From a virus (Duplodnaviria > Heunggongvirae > Uroviricota > Caudoviricetes), in IMG/VR virus record IMGVR_UViG_3300020577_007233, positions 61,593-125,592 of that record: a stretch of 64,000 nucleotides of DNA. One strand, given 5' to 3'. A program made the position numbers and the translations under genes. Of the stretch, positions 57,955 to 64,000 are shown one piece after another (the first letter of the stretch is position 1; each line of letters begins with the position of its first letter). Below the pieces are notes generated by a model. The model made no database searches, was not told where the DNA came from, and saw only the letters and a list, made by a program, of their open reading frames with translations.

Positions 57955-58860
57955 TCATGTAAGCTGAGGATCAGACCATCCATGACGAGTCTGAATTTCT
58001 TGTTCTTCTGCGAACCAATCTATACTAGCCGCATGAAGAAGACTTCCCTTGTATTTGAAGCCATAGTTGATTTCGCTAGGCCAAGAGTTGTAAACAAATC
58101 TTGTCAAGCGAATGATTTTCGTCTGATCGCTTGTTAGGTAATCATAGTAAGGATTAGGCCATACTTGAAGCGTTGTAGAATCAGGGATAGCAGCAACTCG
58201 AAGCTCTTCTGCTTGGTAAAGATTCTCTATGATGATTTTGTCCTCGCAAGCGAATCTCGAAGAATCTGAAACCTTGATAAATTCGTCGCCGCCTTCAACG
58301 TCCGCAATAGTGCTTACAACATCATAAGGACCAATCAAGGGAAAGATGTTTTTCTTCAATCCAAGCTGAATGATATTTGCAACCTGCATAACCATTCTGT
58401 AAGAAGCTTCATGGTTATCATTGTCTGCATAAACAACTATCTGAGCCTTGTATCTTTCTTTCGTTGTGCCAAGAGTAAACCATTCAGAACTTCTTCCTTG
58501 TCCAAGAATAGTGATAGCAGGATAACGGGGTATTACATCAGGCTCTCCAATGTATATGGCTTGAATAAACTGACCGTCGTAAGTCTTGGTCAACATGGCA
58601 TTTGCAGAAACTTTCCATCCCGTAATAACTCTTACAGGTGATTCGAGAACAACAGTTCTCTCATCTGGTATTTCGCTTATCCTAAGACCAGGCTCTCCGT
58701 TTGTTCCATCATGAAGAGCAACCTCATCTCCGACTCTAAACCTTTTCGAAGATGTCACAGAGATAGTGGTCGCTCCGTACGCGGCATCAGCGGTTAGTGT
58801 GGTTGTTGTATTAACCCACCTATAAATCGTTCTTCGTAGGCTTTCGAGAAATTCTATCAT
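57955..58860 (-). CDS. Putative tail terminator/completion protein with two inserted beta-domains
   Basis: 301 aa. Core IYIGEPDVIPRYPAITI...SEWFTLG...YKAQIVVY...YGFKYKGSLLHAASIDWFAEE; neck position between adaptor and tail tube. Confidence 0.6.
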   Translation of the reverse strand: MIEFLESLRRTIYRWVNTTTTLTADAAYGATTISVTSSKRFRVGDEVALHDGTNGEPGLRISEIPDERTVVLESPVRVITGWKVSANAMLTKTYDGQFIQAIYIGEPDVIPRYPAITILGQGRSSEWFTLGTTKERYKAQIVVYADNDNHEASYRMVMQVANIIQLGLKKNIFPLIGPYDVVSTIADVEGGDEFIKVSDSSRFACEDKIIIENLYQAEELRVAAIPDSTTLQVWPNPYYDYLTSDQTKIIRLTRFVYNSWPSEINYGFKYKGSLLHAASIDWFAEEQEIQTRHGWSDPQLT

Positions 58861-59144
58861 TGGTTTTTATTATTGTATTCCGTAGCAACCCTGTCAAGAC
58901 TTTTGTAAATCATGTCTTTGACAAACTCAAAGGCAAAGTTTTCTAATTCATCTTCGGCAGCTTCGTGGGTCTTCAAGAAATTCTCATATGCTGCCCTTTG
59001 TTTTGCTTCATCAGTCGTTTCACTAATAACTGAACGTAAAGGGAAGGTGGCATTATGAACTTCTTGTCCGTCAAGATTCCGAAATTGATTAGTAAGGTCT
59101 TTTATCAATTCGAATGCTACCTCTTTTTCTATCTCTTTACTCAT
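58857..59144 (-). CDS. Hypothetical acidic helical protein
   Basis: 95 aa; ATGA overlaps on both sides and GGAGG upstream. Confidence 0.75.
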   Translation of the reverse strand: MSKEIEKEVAFELIKDLTNQFRNLDGQEVHNATFPLRSVISETTDEAKQRAAYENFLKTHEAAEDELENFAFEFVKDMIYKSLDRVATEYNNKNQ

Positions 59145-59869
59145 GCGTCCCCTCCTTCAATCTTGATGTTGAAATCCTTATCCAAAGGAGGCAAACCATA
59201 TCTATCCCTAAGCGTTGGGTTGAAGAAACGATTACCAATACGCTTTTGTCCGTGCAAAATGGTTATACCATTGATAATGGCATTCAAATCAGAAACAGCC
59301 CACTTTCTCAAAGTCTTACCGTAATCAGACATGCCAGGATTAGCTTGAGCAGCAAAGTATTTGTCATAGATATTCGCTGCTGCAAGGCGAGCGCAAGTAA
59401 GGCTTACCGTTGGAGGGAACTTAACCCTTATGACCCTTGTTGTTTCGACATGATAAATACCAATCAAAGGATCCTGAAGTTCAACGTCTGTAGCATTGAC
59501 CACTTCAGAAACAGTATGTCGCTCTTCCGTTAAATCTGTTATGAACACAAGACTGTCTCCTGGATTTAGGAGAACAGCCTTGCTGAACTGAACCGTATCG
59601 TTGTAGGTGTCTATGTCAGAAAGAAGAGTAAGCTCTAGGTCGGCCTTCTCGCAAAGAGGGATGACATAAAGCTCGCTCAGTGCTGCATCTATTTGTTCGC
59701 CTGCCCAAGTAATGTATTGCAAAACAGTGTCATCTGAAATGACGTTATTATCTTTGCTCTTACCAAATCTCCACAAAGGAACGGGCTGTCCGTTGACAAC
59801 GGTATTTGTTGCAGACGTTAAAGCCTGGGCAAGGATGTCATAGACCTGTTGAGTTGTAGTATAGCCCAT
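59141..59869 (-). CDS. Head-tail adaptor, Mu gp36/DUF1320-like, with an inserted beta-domain
   Basis: 242 aa; MGYTT..QV, ITWAGEQIDAALSELYVIPL, PPTVSLTCARLAAANIY, AVSDLNAIINGITIL. Confidence 0.75.
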   Translation of the reverse strand: MGYTTTQQVYDILAQALTSATNTVVNGQPVPLWRFGKSKDNNVISDDTVLQYITWAGEQIDAALSELYVIPLCEKADLELTLLSDIDTYNDTVQFSKAVLLNPGDSLVFITDLTEERHTVSEVVNATDVELQDPLIGIYHVETTRVIRVKFPPTVSLTCARLAAANIYDKYFAAQANPGMSDYGKTLRKWAVSDLNAIINGITILHGQKRIGNRFFNPTLRDRYGLPPLDKDFNIKIEGGDA

Positions 59870-59879
59870 TTAAGCTCCA

Positions 59880-60935
59880 TTATGTTAGGATTTTATCTAA
59901 CGCATCTGATGCCTCTTTCTTCTGCGTAAGGATTGCCTGAGTAAGCAAACCTTCTACTACGGCGTTGCGAGGACTCTTTGCGTGCTTCACTTCCTTAATT
60001 TGGAATGGCAACTGCAATCCCTTTACTATCTTCTCAAGTTTCTCGCAAAATCCCTTTGGCATACTTGTACCACCAGCAATAACAATGTCCAGAGGCTGGT
60101 TGAACTGGCTCTTGACTTCTTGAAACTTCTTTCCGAAGTTCTTGAAAACATACTCAATCATAGAATCGTAATATGCATTTAGTGCAAAAATTACGTCATC
60201 ATTGTCGTCAAGATTATTGAAGTCGAGCTTCTTTTCTTTGGCGGAAATAATCTGAGAAATAGCTACGCCAGTTTGCTCGCAAACTTGCTTATCAACCCAA
60301 TCACCGCTTCGGGCAACAGACATGCCAATAACAGGCAAGCCCTTGTAAGCCAAAAGACAGTTTACCCTACCAGCGCCAAAGCTTACACCAATACCCGAAT
60401 AAGGAACAACCGTTCCATCTTCTTCAATAATGGTTGGTCTTTCGCTTAGAACAACTGCGTGAGCTTCTTCAAGAATCTTAACTTTCCAGCCAAGTCGAGT
60501 AAAGAGAGCGGTCAAACGGTTTCTATGAAAGGTTGAATCAGCAGAACCATCAATCGAATCAGAGCTTACGCAAGTGCAAACCCAAGAGTTCGAATCGGGA
60601 GCCTGCCCGATAGAGGCCTTGATGATTTCGGCAAGAACAACAAGCTTCTTGTCTTCGTTCTTATTCAAAACGCCGTCAGCCATTGGACGACGTACTTCAA
60701 CCTTGCCAGGAAAAATATTGGCAACTTTAATACAATCATCACCAACAACGTAATAGTTGTCTCCATCACGGATGTACTGCCAGTTGTTTGACTTCAAAGC
60801 TTCCTCTACGTCATCCGTTTTGGGAAGCTCAACAAACGCATTTCTTGTATTCTTGACAACAACTTGTCCGTTTACCAACTCTGCGACCTGGAAAAACATT
60901 GTTCCTGGGTCAACTCCGATTACTCTGCTTGCCAT
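59880..60935 (-). CDS. Actin-like ATPase (MreB/ParM/MamK superfamily; resembles the volactin family)
   Basis: 351 aa. Phosphate-1 IGVDPGT, RRPMADGVL, connect-1 LEEAHAVV, phosphate-2 GIGVSFGAGRVN, ARSGDWVD, adenosine IVIAGGTS, connect-2 PRNAVVEG. SD AAGGAG. Confidence 0.9.
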   Translation of the reverse strand: MASRVIGVDPGTMFFQVAELVNGQVVVKNTRNAFVELPKTDDVEEALKSNNWQYIRDGDNYYVVGDDCIKVANIFPGKVEVRRPMADGVLNKNEDKKLVVLAEIIKASIGQAPDSNSWVCTCVSSDSIDGSADSTFHRNRLTALFTRLGWKVKILEEAHAVVLSERPTIIEEDGTVVPYSGIGVSFGAGRVNCLLAYKGLPVIGMSVARSGDWVDKQVCEQTGVAISQIISAKEKKLDFNNLDDNDDVIFALNAYYDSMIEYVFKNFGKKFQEVKSQFNQPLDIVIAGGTSMPKGFCEKLEKIVKGLQLPFQIKEVKHAKSPRNAVVEGLLTQAILTQKKEASDALDKILT

Positions 60936-60950
60936 TTTTGTTCTCCTTTT

Positions 60951-61538
60951 TTACAGCAAACCTTCTAATTCTTGGGTGTTCTTCATTACATCACTACTAT
61001 CGGTTCTTTGCTCTTCTTGCCTTACGCTAGTTTCCGCCTTGTTGGTCAATCGGTTCAATGTCCTTTTGTGGATATCCACAGTTCTTGGATCGTCCGATTC
61101 TTCTGTATTAGACGGCTGTGTGGTCTTATTTTGACCTGCTTGAGAGGCTATACCCTGCAAGGCTGCAAGGGCTTGATTCAGCAAGTTAACGTCAACCTGC
61201 GGCTGAGTAGATACTCTCTCTTCGAGTCTTCTAGTTAGTTTTTCTTCAAGCTGCTTTACAGCGTCCACAACATCTGAAGGGCTAACTTCAGTCTTTGCTC
61301 CTGGAACGTTTTCTGGAACATAATCTGAACGCTTTATCTGAAAAGCGCCGCTGCCATCATCTTTGAAGATGCATTTCAGAGCATTGTTTCTCAAACATCT
61401 CTTAAGAAGAGATGACTGATCAATGTAGAATCTAGAAGAAACCATATCCAAGTCAATTTGATCGTTAGGAGCAAGATTGACTCTCAACTCAGGGATGGAT
61501 ACTTCTGTTTTTGAGATATTCTTGACTATGTACATCAC
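60951..61538 (-). CDS. Hypothetical protein with a central coiled coil and charged tail
   Basis: 195 aa; VDAVKQLEEKLTRRLEE coiled coil; lies directly upstream of the actin-like gene. Confidence 0.8.
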   Translation of the reverse strand: MMYIVKNISKTEVSIPELRVNLAPNDQIDLDMVSSRFYIDQSSLLKRCLRNNALKCIFKDDGSGAFQIKRSDYVPENVPGAKTEVSPSDVVDAVKQLEEKLTRRLEERVSTQPQVDVNLLNQALAALQGIASQAGQNKTTQPSNTEESDDPRTVDIHKRTLNRLTNKAETSVRQEEQRTDSSDVMKNTQELEGLL

Positions 61539-61741
61539 ATTCTCCTCGTCCTAGGATAGGGAGAAGCAAGAGGTTTTGACAAATCCATAAGGTTCATTGT
61601 TTTGCACGATTGACAAAGCCAATAAACTTTGCTCTCCGCAAAATTGAACTCGATGGTTGGGTTATGCTGGTGATTTCTACAACTCGCACAAACCGCTACA
61701 ATCTTAGATTCTTCTGTTTTCTTCTCTTTAGCTTCTTCCAT
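61535..61741 (-). CDS. Small zinc-ribbon protein
   Basis: 68 aa; CASC...CQSC. Confidence 0.75.
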   Translation of the reverse strand: MEEAKEKKTEESKIVAVCASCRNHQHNPTIEFNFAESKVYWLCQSCKTMNLMDLSKPLASPYPRTRRM

Positions 61742-63998
61742 ACTCTATTTTCGCAACAATGTCGTCTATCATACTTGTATCGACATTAAACTGCGCCATT
61801 CTTTGTCTCAAAACAAGAAGCTGGTTCAGTCTCTTCTGAGAAGCTATCTTGCGAAGAAGGTAATGCTTAGAAGCGGCTGCTAGCGTCATCGTCTTGTCTC
61901 TGGCGTCAAGAACATCAGCAAACAATAGAGCTTCAGCCAATGGCGGCTTATCCCAAAGAGCCTTACCAACAGCAGGTTTCTCAAGAAGGGTTTCTACAAT
62001 CCCTTGTATGTTGCCCTTGTCTTTGGTTGCAAGAGTTTTCTGAAGAACGCCGTTTCGGTGGGCGGCGTAAAGCTTGGGATAGAATTTCTGAGCAATCTGA
62101 GAATACCTTCTCTGAGGCATGTCTTCTATAGCTCCCATTATGTTTGAAGGGTCAGTAATGCCAATGCTCGACAAGAACTCATTTCTGTTTGCAAAACCAT
62201 GTTGCTGCAAAAACTGCGGATTGTCAGATGTCTGAGAAATATGCTTACCCAAAAACTCCTTAAGAGCTTCTAGCGGTCTAAACTCTTCAACATAGTATCT
62301 ACCGTATTCAGTGTTATAGAACTGCTCAACAATAGCAGTCTTGTCTGAATTCTTTGCCTTGGTAAAGTCTGCCTTAGATTTGATGTTGTTTATTCCTGCT
62401 GCGTTTGCAAGAGAAGCAACGTACTGATCTGTTATTGTTGGATATGCTGGATCTGACAAAACCTTTCTAAGTTCACTCTTAGGTGAATAGATGAGCTTAA
62501 GCGTATCCTTGACTCCCGCAAAGATATCTGAAATCTCTTTAGGAGACATATGCTCAATCTCTTGTTCTGGGGTCTGAATAACGCCTCTTCTTGAAAGTTC
62601 AGTCAAGTAGTTGATCTTGTCCTCAAACGAACCTCTATTGTTCTGTGCTAGCAAAGAACCAACAACAGCACTAAACTTGTCAAAACCAATAATGTCAAGG
62701 AACGAAATGAGAGTATCGCCGCCGTACTTAGATACAAGGTCCGGGTCAACAAGCAAATCTTTCAGTCCCGTAAGCTTACTCTTGGATCTCAAAGAAAGAG
62801 CATTTGCGGTGTTATCTCTGGCTGAACCCTCGTCGCCCTTTTGGAAAACTCCGACATTACCCTTGAAGTCAACCTTGCCAACAATGGCCTGATATACCAA
62901 TGAAGGGTCATTAACGGGTGTTCCGTCTTTGTTGACAACAAGTTGATCGTCTATCGCCATCTGAACAGCCGCCTGAACGTCTTCGGAATCTTCTGCGCTC
63001 CAACCAAAATCTCTCCAGTGATCTTGTTTGAAAAGAGTATCCCAATCCTGATTGAGAATGCTTATAGACCTAGCATCTGTAAGATTCTTGCCGGTTCTGT
63101 GCGCAGTTTCAACAACATGGTTCACAGAGTCGCTGCAAGATCTTTGGACTCTAGCCCACAACAATGACTTCTCCAAAATGTTCAGCTTGAGTTCTTTACC
63201 ACCTGGAGCGTCGTTAGGAGTTGCTTGATAAGTGTCGCCCATCTTTTCTAGCAAATCACTAATGAAACCATTGATCTTGTTCCAGTTGGTTTCTAGACTT
63301 GTAAGAGTAGAAGAATCAACATCAGAGCCTTTCTCAACGGGCGGACCTTCATTACGAAGGCCGTTTTCGTTGAAGATTTCTTCTGGCAATGGAAGTCTGA
63401 AATCTGTAGCAAACTGTCTATCTGGGCGAATGGAAAGATCGTTACCACCAGAAAGGCCGTCAGCCGCTGGATCTGATTCCTGCATTACATTTGGTGGGTT
63501 CTTTCTCTTTCCGTACTTTCTAATCTCTCCAAGAACCCAGTTGAAAAACTTCTCATGCATAGGAGAAGCCTTGTCTGTCATATAACCAATCAAAGCGTCC
63601 TTCAATAACTCTGCATGGTTTTGCAGAACACCCATAGGCTCGCTTCTATAGCTACCAGCGCCCCTGGCAAGCATTTCAACTTCTTCTGGTTGTGCGTTTT
63701 CACCAAGAATATGAGCAGTCGTATTGACCATATCCTTCTCGTTAAAGAAGGCCAAGAACAAGTCCTTGTTCTTTATGTCTGCTTGGAAAAGCTCTTCCTT
63801 CAAGAACGCAAAAGGATCAATAGGAGGCTCTTCATTTGCATCCATTACGGAGTCAAAATTATCATCTCCGTAATCGTCATCATAGTCGTTTCCGTAGTTG
63901 GGCTTCTTTTTACGCTTGCCACTTAAACTTTCTGAAGCGCTCTTTTCGTTTAGAAGCTGCGTGTATCTTCTAATGACCTTTTTCTTATCTTCAGGTGT
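61728..63998 (-). CDS. Large acidic helical hypothetical protein, 5'-truncated by the window edge (>756 aa)
   Basis: The frame upstream of the track ATG (63845) stays open to the edge (TPEDKKKVIRRYTQLL...DDNFDSV-M), so the true start probably lies outside the window. Confidence 0.8.
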   Translation of the reverse strand, partial: TPEDKKKVIRRYTQLLNEKSASESLSGKRKKKPNYGNDYDDDYGDDNFDSVMDANEEPPIDPFAFLKEELFQADIKNKDLFLAFFNEKDMVNTTAHILGENAQPEEVEMLARGAGSYRSEPMGVLQNHAELLKDALIGYMTDKASPMHEKFFNWVLGEIRKYGKRKNPPNVMQESDPAADGLSGGNDLSIRPDRQFATDFRLPLPEEIFNENGLRNEGPPVEKGSDVDSSTLTSLETNWNKINGFISDLLEKMGDTYQATPNDAPGGKELKLNILEKSLLWARVQRSCSDSVNHVVETAHRTGKNLTDARSISILNQDWDTLFKQDHWRDFGWSAEDSEDVQAAVQMAIDDQLVVNKDGTPVNDPSLVYQAIVGKVDFKGNVGVFQKGDEGSARDNTANALSLRSKSKLTGLKDLLVDPDLVSKYGGDTLISFLDIIGFDKFSAVVGSLLAQNNRGSFEDKINYLTELSRRGVIQTPEQEIEHMSPKEISDIFAGVKDTLKLIYSPKSELRKVLSDPAYPTITDQYVASLANAAGINNIKSKADFTKAKNSDKTAIVEQFYNTEYGRYYVEEFRPLEALKEFLGKHISQTSDNPQFLQQHGFANRNEFLSSIGITDPSNIMGAIEDMPQRRYSQIAQKFYPKLYAAHRNGVLQKTLATKDKGNIQGIVETLLEKPAVGKALWDKPPLAEALLFADVLDARDKTMTLAAASKHYLLRKIASQKRLNQLLVLRQRMAQFNVDTSMIDDIVAKIEYGRS

Positions 63999-64000
63999 AG

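Larger units (their letters stand above)
1..64000 (-). mobile_element. Segment of a large tailed bacteriophage genome: virion morphogenesis (neck, tail, tail-tip) region
   Basis: Canonical order adaptor > terminator > tail tube > frameshifted chaperone > tape measure > hub > fibre/adhesin genes. All genes are co-oriented over 64 kb, there are no cellular housekeeping genes, and SD motifs are present. Confidence 0.9.

Noticed and set aside
42517-59869. Contractile injection system (eCIS/T6SS/tailocin) interpretation
   Set aside because: No sheath, gp25 or baseplate-J gene is recognisable, and a head-tail adaptor is present, implying a capsid-bearing virion.
63843-63845. Track start of the 705-aa ORF
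   Set aside because: The frame is open to the window edge, so this is probably an internal Met.
665-63926. Numerous plus-strand ORFs of 60-217 aa and short minus-strand ORFs nested in other frames
   Set aside because: They lie antisense to or inside long, motif-bearing minus-strand genes and show no recognisable motifs. They are shadow ORFs.
1-64000. tRNA/rRNA genes, transposases, diversity-generating retroelement
   Set aside because: Intergenic gaps are at most about 125 nt with no cloverleaf seen. I noticed no reverse transcriptase, transposase or TR/VR pair by eye; a self-alignment would be needed to exclude the last.

Overview
This window is a 64-kb segment of a large tailed (jumbo-type) bacteriophage genome. 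All 32 credible genes are on the minus strand, tightly packed, often coupled by overlapping stop/start codons, and use standard code 11 with AGGAG-type SD sites. In transcription order (right to left) it holds: a 5'-truncated unknown protein, a Zn-ribbon protein, a coiled-coil protein, an actin-like ATPase resembling the haloarchaeal volactin family, a Mu gp36-like head-tail adaptor, a putative tail terminator, a degenerate P-loop protein and a GT4 glycosyltransferase. Next come the tail tube, a tail assembly chaperone with a -1 frameshift (G/GT type) plus a second chaperone paralog, an inserted membrane protein, a 916-aa tape measure and a hub-like protein. The remaining ~50 kb, starting just after the tape measure, encode very large putative tail-tip/adhesion proteins (FN3, LamG, Ig/choice-of-anchor D, DUF642-like, BNR and Kelch propellers, a vWA-like motif, a GH56 hyaluronidase-like barrel) with a second GT4 embedded. 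The first gene (<1..6298, >2,099 aa) is missing from the ORF track because it runs off the left edge. Notable non-coding signals are a twice-repeated bipartite motif TCAAGGA-N15-TTGTATT whose 5' box sits at a hairpin loop, and SD-sequestering hairpins in front of two inserted non-structural genes. I saw no sheath, capsid, terminase, RNA gene, CRISPR array or transposase. Family assignments are motif recognition by eye, not database searches.
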